From the UHGV virus genome UHGV-0204900: a DNA stretch of 42,057 nt, one strand, 5' to 3'. The number at the start of each line of letters is the position of its first letter. Within the stretch, counting starts at the first letter, position 1. The position numbers were made by a program, and so were the translations under genes. The notes under the pieces were generated by a model, which saw only the letters and a list, made by a program, of their open reading frames with translations, searched no databases and was not told where the DNA came from. The stretch comes from a virus. Shown piece by piece: positions 1 through 8,461 of this stretch.

Positions 1-249
1 ATGAAATTAGGTTTGTATTTAAAAAAACAAAAAATTAGCCAAGCTGAATTTGGGAAAACAGTTGGAGTTACTCAAGGATTTATTAGCCAAGTTATAGCTG
101 GTAGCTACCTACCTAAAGGTAGAAAAGCTATCGAGTGGTCAGCAAAAACTAATTGGTTAGTAACACCACATGATCTAAATCCAGTTGATTATCCAAACCC
201 TTGGGATGGCTTACCAAAGGAGCATTCAGTATTACAGGTATCAAATTAA
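1..249 (+). CDS. Cro/YdaS-like HTH transcriptional regulator (lytic repressor)
   Basis: 82 aa. An HTH-like segment QAEFGKTVGVTQGFISQV is present. The gene is divergent from the CI-like gene across the operator region. The AGGAG RBS lies at the window end, 7 nt before ATG at position 1 (requires circular or tandem joining). Followed by a YdaT-like gene, as in the Rac ydaS-ydaT pair. Confidence 0.75.
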   Translation: MKLGLYLKKQKISQAEFGKTVGVTQGFISQVIAGSYLPKGRKAIEWSAKTNWLVTPHDLNPVDYPNPWDGLPKEHSVLQVSN

Positions 250-297
250 AAAACTGATTATGCATAATCAATTTTTCTAGCGACAGGAGACGCAAAA

Positions 298-753
298 ATG
301 AATTTTGATATCAACATTATCAGAGCTGAAATTGAAGATTGGGCGGTAGAACAAGGGCAAGAACATGTTGCCATTGAGATTAGCCGAGCTTACTTACGAT
401 TAGTGGTTAATCAAGAACATGGTCGATTATATGCCATTGAGGATCAAACGGGTAAGGCCGACTGGAAAGCAATCAATAATAACCGGCAACAGATATTCCG
501 CTGGTTAAGAGGTGATTCCCGTGCATCTCAAAGAAAGATTGCTGAGTTAATGCCAGCGATAGAAATAGCACTACCGGCTTCGAGACTGGCTAGAGTTCGT
601 GGAGACACCAAAAATTATTTAGCAACAGTGGCCATTCAGCGTTTTGCTGATGCTATGACAGAAATTTTATTAGAAGGTCGTGACATGTCACACCAAATAA
701 ACAATGTAGTACGTGCGTTAAATGAGATATCACGCCCGACCAGCGTGCATTAA
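298..753 (+). CDS. YdaT-like (CII-analogous) regulatory protein
   Basis: 151 aa. Blocks such as IFRWLRGDSRASQRKIAELMPAIEIALPASRLARV resemble the Rac prophage YdaT family. Sits immediately downstream of the cro-like gene. Confidence 0.65.
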   Translation: MNFDINIIRAEIEDWAVEQGQEHVAIEISRAYLRLVVNQEHGRLYAIEDQTGKADWKAINNNRQQIFRWLRGDSRASQRKIAELMPAIEIALPASRLARVRGDTKNYLATVAIQRFADAMTEILLEGRDMSHQINNVVRALNEISRPTSVH

Positions 754-765
754 GAGGCAAGACCA

Positions 766-990
766 ATGATTAGATCAACTGAAAAAATTACATACCGTAA
801 TGGGTTTATGCTGAATGATAAACCTGCCCATATATCAGAAATTAGGGATATTTTTGAGGGTAGACGTGTTATTGCGTTGTTAGTTTGGGAGCAGTATGAG
901 AAGCAGAAACAAAAATTACTGTCAAAAAATTTAACCCCTGCACAGTATCAAAGTGCATGTCGATCAATAGCTAAATCGTTGGGGGTGTGA
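766..990 (+). CDS. hypothetical early protein
   Basis: 74 aa ORF. Preceded by the conserved box AAGAGGCAAGACCAATG (752-768). Tightly packed between the ydaT-like and replication genes. Confidence 0.6.
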   Translation: MIRSTEKITYRNGFMLNDKPAHISEIRDIFEGRRVIALLVWEQYEKQKQKLLSKNLTPAQYQSACRSIAKSLGV

Positions 991-991
991 A

Positions 992-1822
992 GTGAGAGCA
1001 TCCGATTTGTTATTAGACTTTGGTCGACCAGTAGCTTATTTCCCCGGACTAGTAAAACGTTTTGGGAGTGTAAATGCAGTAATTTTCTTTAGTCAAATAT
1101 TTTATTGGCAAGATAAGACTGACTCTGAATTAGGTGTTTATAAAACATCAGAAGAAATTGAATCTGAGACGGGTTTAAGCTACCGAGAACAACTGACGGC
1201 TAGAAAGCATTTAGTTAGCAGAGGTATTCTGGTTGAGACTAATAAACGCTTAGAGCATAAAATTTATTATCTAATTGACTGCGAAAAATTAGATTATGTC
1301 ATGTCACAACCTATTGAAAATGCACCAAATGCGCAAAACGCAACTGGGGAAAGTCACAATAGTGATTTCGCGGAACAACAAAACGAACGACCGCGACAAG
1401 ACAAAACTGACGGTGGCGATGAAACAAATACGCAGTTCGATCCTACAGAGATTACTACATATATTACTACAGATATTACTGATGGTACGTCAGGAGAACC
1501 TGACGACAACAAATCGTCATCAAAAATTAAATTGAATTATGAAAATATTATTAATTCATATCACGACATTTTGGCTGATATGCCAGCTATCAAAGTGATG
1601 ACTGATGAGCGTAAACGGAAGCTAAGAAATTTCTGGATAAAATTTAAATTCAATCAAGAGCGCTGGGAGAATTATTTATCGTATATTGCCAGTAATTGTC
1701 GATGGATGATGGAGGATCGAGATAATGGGCGAGGGGGGACGTGGCGACGTAAAAATTTAGATTATTTGATTACTGAGCGTTGCTATGTCGCCGTCAAGGA
1801 GGAACGTGCTAATGACAAATGA
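992..1822 (+). CDS. phage replication initiation protein (lambda O / P22 gp18-like role)
   Basis: 276 aa. GTG start after a GGGGG RBS. N-terminal winged-helix-like domain, then an acidic linker whose DNA carries 12-bp-periodic ATTACTAC repeats plus an AT-rich stretch (candidate ori). Immediately upstream of dnaB-like gene. Confidence 0.75.
   Translation: MRASDLLLDFGRPVAYFPGLVKRFGSVNAVIFFSQIFYWQDKTDSELGVYKTSEEIESETGLSYREQLTARKHLVSRGILVETNKRLEHKIYYLIDCEKLDYVMSQPIENAPNAQNATGESHNSDFAEQQNERPRQDKTDGGDETNTQFDPTEITTYITTDITDGTSGEPDDNKSSSKIKLNYENIINSYHDILADMPAIKVMTDERKRKLRNFWIKFKFNQERWENYLSYIASNCRWMMEDRDNGRGGTWRRKNLDYLITERCYVAVKEERANDK
1451..1570. repeat. candidate replication origin: three 12-bp-periodic ATTACTAC/ATTACTGA repeats (1451-1482) plus an AT-rich stretch (1513-1570) inside the initiator gene
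   Basis: ATTACTACatat ATTACTACagat ATTACTGAtggt. Downstream is a run of more than 55 bp at about 80% A+T. The arrangement parallels lambda ori inside O. Confidence 0.4.
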
Positions 1823-3230
1823 TTATTTCACACCACCATACAACCTTGAGGCAGAGCAGGCTGTACTAGGTGGCTTGATGATTAGCACTGATGAAGATAA
1901 GCGTCAGCACGTAATATCATTAGTTAAATCAGGATCATTTTATTCAAGACCTCACAGTCGAATTTTTACAGAGATAGTGAGGTTAATAAAATCTGATTAT
2001 CCAACAGATGTCATTACAGTTAGTGACTCTTTAACACGTAGTGGTGATTTAGAAAAAGTTGGAGGATTTGCCTACATAGCTGAACTTTGTAGATTACCTT
2101 CAGTTGCTAACATTGTGAACTATGCTCGGATTGTACGAGACAAGGCGATACAGCGTTATGCTATCAACAACCTGAATACCTGCGTTGAAATGCTAATGGC
2201 GAATGATGGTCTTGATATCAATAATAAACTATCAAATGTTCAGCAGGTTGTATCAAGCATTATCGAACATGCTAAAACAGGAAAGAGTAAAGGTTTAAGA
2301 CCTGCCCTAGATGTTGTTGAGGATTGGCTTGATGATGTTGATAGACGCTTCAGTGATCCTAAAAATGCAGTTGGTTTTACTTTGGGCATAGAGTCACTGG
2401 ATGAGTTAATGGCTCCTAAGCAGGCATTGAGAGGCTCATTAATTGTTGTTGGTGCAAGACCAAAAATGGGTAAAACCGCATTTTATAATCGTGTTGCAAC
2501 TCACTTTGCATTAAACCACCAGTTACCCACATTGCTTTTCAGCCTTGAGATGACAGACCGAGGGATCATTGAACGAATGATCTCTCAAGAAGGCGATGTA
2601 TCTGCAGATATTTTTTATACAGGTACACATGATGATATGGAAATGGCTAGGGCATTAGCCAGAGCAAAAGAGATTGCAGAATCGAATATGTATATCGATA
2701 GCACTCCTGGTATTGATCTTAACCATATCATCGCTGAATGTCGCAAGGTTAAACGAGCTAAAGGGCAAATAGGCTTAATAGCGATTGACTACCTGACTCT
2801 TATCAAAGCTGGGCAGGCTGAACGTCGTGATATTGCATATGGTGATATTACTACGGGGTTAAAAAATCTAGCAAAAGAAATGGATTGCGTTGTCCTGTTA
2901 TTAACCCAACTTAACCGTAAATTGGAAGATAGAGCAGATAAACGACCAACACCCGCTGATAGCCGTGATACAGGGCAAATTGAGCAAGATTGTGATATAT
3001 GGATTGGTTTATATCGTGATGCTGTTTACAACGATAATGCTGATAAATCGCTAATGGAAATTCTTCTCAGATTAAATCGTGATGGAAATACTGGTACCGC
3101 TTATGCTCAGCTGGTGAATTCTTATATTAAAAATCTTAGCAAAGGAGAGGTTGAGAAGCTGGTATTTAAAGAGGGAAATAATACTCGACGTTACTCTAAA
3201 AAGTTATCTGAAAGTACTCAAATGTTTTAG
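1812..3230 (+). CDS. dnaB: replicative DNA helicase DnaB family
   Basis: N-terminal DnaB motif PPYNLEAEQAVLGGLM, Walker A GARPKMGKTAF, and a RecA-like core. Start chosen at ATG 1812 (AAGGAGG RBS at 1794-1800); it overlaps the upstream stop. The ORF track starts it at 1785. Confidence 0.9.
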   Translation: MTNDYFTPPYNLEAEQAVLGGLMISTDEDKRQHVISLVKSGSFYSRPHSRIFTEIVRLIKSDYPTDVITVSDSLTRSGDLEKVGGFAYIAELCRLPSVANIVNYARIVRDKAIQRYAINNLNTCVEMLMANDGLDINNKLSNVQQVVSSIIEHAKTGKSKGLRPALDVVEDWLDDVDRRFSDPKNAVGFTLGIESLDELMAPKQALRGSLIVVGARPKMGKTAFYNRVATHFALNHQLPTLLFSLEMTDRGIIERMISQEGDVSADIFYTGTHDDMEMARALARAKEIAESNMYIDSTPGIDLNHIIAECRKVKRAKGQIGLIAIDYLTLIKAGQAERRDIAYGDITTGLKNLAKEMDCVVLLLTQLNRKLEDRADKRPTPADSRDTGQIEQDCDIWIGLYRDAVYNDNADKSLMEILLRLNRDGNTGTAYAQLVNSYIKNLSKGEVEKLVFKEGNNTRRYSKKLSESTQMF

Positions 3231-3375
3231 CATTTACCTTACTAATTTTTCATAAATATCAAGATACTTAAAAATTTATTAAATGTAGAAAATTTCAGAC
3301 ATTTTTTTTTATTTTTAGTATAGTAAGAAGTTTATATAAACCATAACTTCATTCACTCCTTAATGGTATAACAGC

Positions 3376-4626
3376 GTGATTTTTAAGAATATAAATAACC
3401 CTAAGAGGGGTAGTGAAAATGAAAGAAGAGCCAGTTGGTATAATTATTATGCTGGTTTTTCTCATACATTTGTCAGAAATTTAATAAATGATCTGCATTT
3501 ATCAAAAGAATCAGTCATTTTAGATCCTTGGAATGGTTCTGGTGCAACTACATATGCTGCTAGTATTGAAGGTTACCAATCCATTGGAAGTGATTTGAAT
3601 CCACCAATGTATGTTATTGCTAAGTCTAAAATGGCAGATAAAAACGATGTAATAAATGCACTGGCTAAAATAAAAAAAATGAGAGTCAATGTATTCTCAT
3701 GTATTTTTGATTCAGATGATTATTTAAATAATTGGTTTGTTCATCAAACTGCTAGTTATATTAGATATATAGATTTTTTCATCTGTAAAAAGATGAATGT
3801 TGATATAAATACAAAGTTACATCTGCTTAGTAAAGTTGATTGTTTATTATATGTGGCATTATTTAATACTATTAGATTATTAATAAAATCATTTGTTTCT
3901 TCAAATCCAACATGGATAAAAAAGGCAAAGGGAGCTAATAATAAGATAAGAGTTGATAATAGATTTATTAAACAATCCATCATTAACTTACTTAATGAAA
4001 AATTAGATGTTGATGATTTTCCTTTAATTAATAAGGATGCTTTTTTCTTATCTGAAGATGTGAAAAATTTATCTCTTAAAGATAAATCTATAGATATTGT
4101 TATTACATCCCCACCTTATTGTACTCGAATTGATTATGGCATTGCCACTTCACCGGAATCAGCGGTATTATATGGTAATAATCCTATTCAGATAGAAGAA
4201 ATGCGTCGTAGATTAATGGGAAGAACTACAATTGATAAAACATTCTATGATGGAATATCTTTTAGTAGTACTACGGATGAATTTTTATCGTCTATATATG
4301 AGCATAAATCAAGGGCTTCAAACACCTATTACTACAAGAATTTTTATCAATATTTTTTAGATCTTAATTTATCATTAATTGAAATTAATCGAGTTCTTAA
4401 GAATGATGGTTATTTTGTGTGTGTTGTGCAAGATTCATATTATAAAGAAATTCATTGTGACTTATCTCAGATTATTACTGAATTACTTGATAGCAACGGA
4501 TTCAAATTACTACAAAAGAAAGAGTTTGAATCTACAGTTAATATGGCTAACCTAAATAATAAATCAAAGATTTATCGTGATAAAATGGTAGCTACCGAAT
4601 ATGTGTTAATCTTTTCGCGAGGATAG
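3376..4626 (+). CDS. DNA methyltransferase (N6-adenine or N4-cytosine; motif I DPWNGSGAT, motif IV SPPY)
   Basis: 416 aa with a FxGxG-type AdoMet motif and an SPPY catalytic motif. No in-frame ATG before motif I, so start is GTG at 3376 with a weak RBS (start uncertain). Very AT-rich codon usage shared with the next two genes. A 4-nt gap separates it from the downstream gene. Confidence 0.8.
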   Translation: MIFKNINNPKRGSENERRASWYNYYAGFSHTFVRNLINDLHLSKESVILDPWNGSGATTYAASIEGYQSIGSDLNPPMYVIAKSKMADKNDVINALAKIKKMRVNVFSCIFDSDDYLNNWFVHQTASYIRYIDFFICKKMNVDINTKLHLLSKVDCLLYVALFNTIRLLIKSFVSSNPTWIKKAKGANNKIRVDNRFIKQSIINLLNEKLDVDDFPLINKDAFFLSEDVKNLSLKDKSIDIVITSPPYCTRIDYGIATSPESAVLYGNNPIQIEEMRRRLMGRTTIDKTFYDGISFSSTTDEFLSSIYEHKSRASNTYYYKNFYQYFLDLNLSLIEINRVLKNDGYFVCVVQDSYYKEIHCDLSQIITELLDSNGFKLLQKKEFESTVNMANLNNKSKIYRDKMVATEYVLIFSRG

Positions 4627-4630
4627 TGGA

Positions 4631-5752
4631 ATGAGTACAGAAGTAATATTAACTGAAATAGAATCCAAAATAGAAAAAGTTCATACACAGAGCTTAGATT
4701 TATCTTTTAATGAACTTCTTAGTATGTATGAAAATGAAGAATTAGATATTAGTCCTGATTATCAACGCTTATTTAGATGGTCCGAAGGAGCAAGATCAAG
4801 GTTTATTGAATCTTTAATATTAGAGATGCCTGTACCTCCTATTTATGTAGTGGAGACAGACTCAGGTGCTTATCAGCTTATTGATGGATTACAGCGCTTT
4901 TCATCTTATTTACATTTAAGAGGAGAACTTGATGCTAAACATATGGGAGTAAATAAAGGTGATTTCTTAATTTTATCAGATTGTGACATAATTGATTCTA
5001 TCAATGGTATGACATTTAATGATTTACCTATGGCTTTAAAAATAAAGTTAAAACGTTCTTTTGTAAGAGTTGAAATAGTAAGAAAAGGAAGTGATAAAAA
5101 ATTCAAATATCATATGTTTAAGAGATTAAATACAGGTGGTGAAGCATTAACAGAACAACAGATTAGAAATTGTACGATAAGAATGTTAGATCCTAAGTTT
5201 AATGACTTTATAATAATGTTATCAGAAACAGATGATTATCTGAACTGTATAGCAAATTTGTCTGATTCTCAAAGATATGGATCTTATGATCAAGAACTTG
5301 TATTAAGATATTTTTCTTTAAAGAATAATAAAGATGGATTTAAACATGATGTTGCAGATTTCATGACTGAATATATGGAATCTGTAGCAGGAGAGACAGT
5401 GGATTTTAATTATGACGAAAATGAACAAAATTTTCTAAAGGTATTTAAATTATTTAATAAAGCTCATGGTGATAAAATATTCGGAAGATTGAATAGCCAG
5501 AATAATAAATTGCAATCTAATTTTGGAATATACCATTTTGAATCACTTTGTATGGGGATTCAGTGTGTTCTAGATAGAATAGATATAAATAATGAAGAGC
5601 ATATCAAAAAATTTTCTCAAGCAGTAATTTCTTTAAAAGGTAATGCCGATTTTAAAACAGAAACAACTGGAGGAGGAAAAAATTCTACTGGATTGTTAAA
5701 TAAACGAATAAAAATTGCGGAGGGATTCTTTTCGGAGGCTTTCAGTGACTAG
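4631..5752 (+). CDS. DUF262 (ParB/Srx-like, GmrSD N-terminal-type) domain protein
   Basis: 373 aa with the hallmark PDYQR...W motif and IDGLQRFSS (DGQQR-type) motif. GAGGA RBS 9 nt upstream. AT-rich. Confidence 0.85.
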   Translation: MSTEVILTEIESKIEKVHTQSLDLSFNELLSMYENEELDISPDYQRLFRWSEGARSRFIESLILEMPVPPIYVVETDSGAYQLIDGLQRFSSYLHLRGELDAKHMGVNKGDFLILSDCDIIDSINGMTFNDLPMALKIKLKRSFVRVEIVRKGSDKKFKYHMFKRLNTGGEALTEQQIRNCTIRMLDPKFNDFIIMLSETDDYLNCIANLSDSQRYGSYDQELVLRYFSLKNNKDGFKHDVADFMTEYMESVAGETVDFNYDENEQNFLKVFKLFNKAHGDKIFGRLNSQNNKLQSNFGIYHFESLCMGIQCVLDRIDINNEEHIKKFSQAVISLKGNADFKTETTGGGKNSTGLLNKRIKIAEGFFSEAFSD

Positions 5753-6437
5753 TGAGGAATTTTTAACACAGATAGAATTAGATAGGGCATGGAGAGAAGA
5801 AGAAATTCGAACTATGAATAATATCTTAACAGAGCTGAAGGATGATAATGATAAAAATAAATTAAGGCGGGCAATTATTTGTTTGCTCTATGCTCACATT
5901 GAAGGTTTTGTTAAATTTTCATTTGGTTTGTACATAGAATCAATTAATGGATTAAAGTTAAAATGTCAAGATGTTAAACCTATATTAATAGCTGCTGTTT
6001 ATCATAAGGATTTTAGTAAACTCACAGACCCTGATGCTAAAAGTAAATTATTCACTAAAAAAGCACAAGAAGATAAATATATTAGAAGAATTTGTTTGCA
6101 AGAAGAGTTTTTTGAAAGAATTAATGATGTTTTTAATTCTGAAATAAAAATAGATGACGGGTACATTAATACAGAAAATAATGTGGGTAGGGAAGTTCTT
6201 GAGAAGCTACTATATCAAGTGGGTTTATCTCATAAGTCTTTAGATAATACAATTGGACCATTATCTAGGTTATTAAATAAAAGAAATGATATTGCTCATG
6301 GAACAGATAAAAGTTCCATTAAAGCCGAACATTATGATGAATATTTCAAGTGTGCTTTAGGTATCATGAAAGAGCTTACAAGTACATTATTTTTAGCATA
6401 TAGTAAAAAGGATTACTTGAAGCAATCTATAGTTTAA
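5745..6437 (+). CDS. HEPN-domain protein (Rx4H motif RNDIAHG; MAE_28990/MAE_18760-like)
   Basis: About 230 aa. Conserved R-x4-H in LLNKRNDIAHGT near the C-terminus. Probable GTG start at 5745 with a GGAGG RBS 6 nt upstream, overlapping the DUF262 stop by 8 nt (GTGACTAG). The ORF track gives a TTG start at 5715. Confidence 0.7.
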   Translation: MTSEEFLTQIELDRAWREEEIRTMNNILTELKDDNDKNKLRRAIICLLYAHIEGFVKFSFGLYIESINGLKLKCQDVKPILIAAVYHKDFSKLTDPDAKSKLFTKKAQEDKYIRRICLQEEFFERINDVFNSEIKIDDGYINTENNVGREVLEKLLYQVGLSHKSLDNTIGPLSRLLNKRNDIAHGTDKSSIKAEHYDEYFKCALGIMKELTSTLFLAYSKKDYLKQSIV

Positions 6438-6521
6438 AAAAAATAAAATAATTTATATAATAACCCCTATTGGCCTGAACACCCAATCCTAAATATTTGC
6501 TGTGTCAACTGAGAGTCAAGT

Positions 6522-7115
6522 ATGGCACAGCATAGCTTTATCAAAATGTCTAACGATACTCTTGTACCGGCTAACCCTGTTACGAGAGATTTTCTGCATT
6601 CAAAAATCAAATGTGGTGATGTGCTTTCAGCTAATTTTAAGAAAGCCCGTAACCCTCGATTCCATCGTAAATACTTCGCATTACTCAACTTAGGGTATGA
6701 ATATTGGGAACCCGTTGGCGGTACCATTTCACCTGAAGAAAAAGAGCTTGTGTGTGGTTACATCACATTCCTTTCATATTACACGGATAATACTGACGCG
6801 CTTTTATCCGCATCTGATATCTATCTTGAAGAAGTCGCACAAAATCGTGCGCAAAATATTTCAGCAACAAAATCTTTTGATGCTTTTCGCTATTGGGTTG
6901 TAGAGCAAGCCGGTTATTACGATACGTTTGAAATGCCTGACGGTAGTTTACGCCGTGTCGCTAAATCAATCAGCTTTGCAAATATGGACGACTTAGCATT
7001 TAGCGAACTCTACAAAGCCACACTCGATGTGCTTTGGAATTTTATTCTTCGTAAGCAATTCCCCACTCAAAAAGCTGTAGAAAATACAGTATCTCAATTA
7101 TTAAGTTTCACGTAG
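6522..7115 (+). CDS. nin-region hypothetical protein (possibly DUF1367/YbcN-like)
   Basis: 197 aa ORF with core-genome GC content. Occupies the position of nin-region genes between the replication module and Q. Confidence 0.55.
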   Translation: MAQHSFIKMSNDTLVPANPVTRDFLHSKIKCGDVLSANFKKARNPRFHRKYFALLNLGYEYWEPVGGTISPEEKELVCGYITFLSYYTDNTDALLSASDIYLEEVAQNRAQNISATKSFDAFRYWVVEQAGYYDTFEMPDGSLRRVAKSISFANMDDLAFSELYKATLDVLWNFILRKQFPTQKAVENTVSQLLSFT

Positions 7116-7126
7116 AGGCAAGACCA

Positions 7127-7438
7127 ATGATCAAATCAAAGACCAAAGATGAAAAAAAGTGGCTATCAGATGTAGCGGAACTGGGTTGTATTTGTTGTCG
7201 CAATATGGGGTTTGGAGCCAGTTTAGCGGAAATTCATCATGTTAGAACGGGGCAGGGAATGGCACAACGGGCTAGTCATACGGATGTTTTACCACTGTGT
7301 CCTCCACATCATAGAGCGTGTTACGAAACCGGCTTTCACGCTTCGCCTAAATCGTGGCAAGAAATTCATGGTACCGAAATTGAGTTGTTAGAACAGACTA
7401 AGCAAGAAGTAATGGAGTTACGAGCATGTCGAGTATAA
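7127..7438 (+). CDS. YbcO-like (DUF1364) putative nuclease
   Basis: 103 aa. Cys/His pattern GCICCRN...AEIHHVRTGQGM...LPLCPPHH matches the YbcO-family arrangement. Preceded by the conserved box TAGAGGCAAGACCAATG. Confidence 0.65.
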   Translation: MIKSKTKDEKKWLSDVAELGCICCRNMGFGASLAEIHHVRTGQGMAQRASHTDVLPLCPPHHRACYETGFHASPKSWQEIHGTEIELLEQTKQEVMELRACRV

Positions 7439-7959
7439 AAAGCATATCCGATGGATTAAAACTTGATGATGATCAGGTCGCTTGGATTCAGCCTTGGTTA
7501 TCAAAATTTGGAGCATGGATTTATTCAGGGAGGATAGAAAAAAGGCAAAGCAGTATTATCGCTGAATTTATGGCGACAGTAGAAAGGCGCGATTATCCCG
7601 AGCGAGAAATGTGTAATGATGATGACGGTATGTTGATCGCTAAAGTGGTCGATAAAATTTATCACATAGACAGAATAGCCTTTACGCTCTTATTACTGCG
7701 TTATGCCTTTGGTAGTTCAGATCGCGCTATTGCTCGTTATTACCACAATATAGCAAAACCGCGACAAATGATTAGGCGCAATAGAACGGTAGAATACAGA
7801 AAACCCTCTATGTCTACATGCAGAAGAGAAATTGAGGACATAATTAGTTCAGCTGAATATTTAATTTACCCATATTTAAAAGATGCATTTAAAAAACGTG
7901 AAAAAGAGTGGAAAAGTAAAAATAATAGCAAGAACGTATTGACTTCTTTGAGCCAATGA
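7426..7959 (+). CDS. late-gene antiterminator Q (QuuD / phage-82 family)
   Basis: FGAW and CNDDDGMLIA motifs resemble QuuD-type Q proteins. Followed by a promoter-like element and a strong intrinsic terminator (tR'-like), the classic Q-qut-tR' arrangement. Confidence 0.65.
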   Translation: MSSIKSISDGLKLDDDQVAWIQPWLSKFGAWIYSGRIEKRQSSIIAEFMATVERRDYPEREMCNDDDGMLIAKVVDKIYHIDRIAFTLLLLRYAFGSSDRAIARYYHNIAKPRQMIRRNRTVEYRKPSMSTCRREIEDIISSAEYLIYPYLKDAFKKREKEWKSKNNSKNVLTSLSQ

Positions 7960-7966
7960 TCCACTA

Positions 7967-7994
7967 TTTAAGTATAAGTTGCCGTTTTTATACT
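7967..7994 (+). promoter_or_regulatory. candidate late promoter pR' (-35 TTTAAG, 16-nt spacer, -10 TATACT)
   Basis: Sigma70-like hexamers lie directly downstream of the Q gene and upstream of the tR'-like terminator. Confidence 0.35.
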
Positions 7995-8005
7995 GTGACC
8001 AACTA

Positions 8006-8032
8006 ACCCAGCCTAAGCGCTGGGTTTTTTTG
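8006..8032 (+). terminator. intrinsic terminator (tR'-like) downstream of Q
   Basis: Stem ACCCAGC / GCTGGGT with a 6-nt loop, followed by a T7 run. Confidence 0.7.
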
Positions 8033-8121
8033 TATCTAAAACAGATAAGGCTTGCTGTTTCCTTTGTTCAGAGTTACATGTGTGTTCACGACCAATAACT
8101 GACCAAGGGTATTAAAATATC

Positions 8122-8319
8122 ATGTTAAAACATAGTGATATGACAGAAGAGGCAAGACTTGTTTTTGAAGTTGTTCCGCACACGATGGAAATTACAGCTG
8201 GCGAAGTTGCAGAATTTACTTATTTAACTGAGCCACGTTGTCAATTGATATTAACGCAGTTGGCGATGGCGGGACTAATCAAAGAAAACATCAAAGAAAA
8301 CACATTTCAAAATATCTAA
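8122..8319 (+). CDS. hypothetical small protein
   Basis: 65 aa ORF between tR' and the late-region MTase. Contains an internal copy of the GAGGCAAGAC box. Confidence 0.4.
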   Translation: MLKHSDMTEEARLVFEVVPHTMEITAGEVAEFTYLTEPRCQLILTQLAMAGLIKENIKENTFQNI

Positions 8320-8461
8320 TACTGTGAAAATGGGCGACAGTGAGGATGCTACTAACATCCCCGCTGTCATTTGCCCGTTCTGGTAGATCACGGACAAACT
8401 AAAGCCCACTGCTTATGTGCACAAAGCATAGTGAGCTTATCAAAAAAGGTTCTCCTGATCT

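Noticed and set aside
1296-1535. 79-aa plus-strand ORF in an alternative frame inside the replication initiator gene
   Set aside because: It is fully embedded in a well-supported longer gene, has no RBS and a low-complexity translation. Considered a frame artefact.
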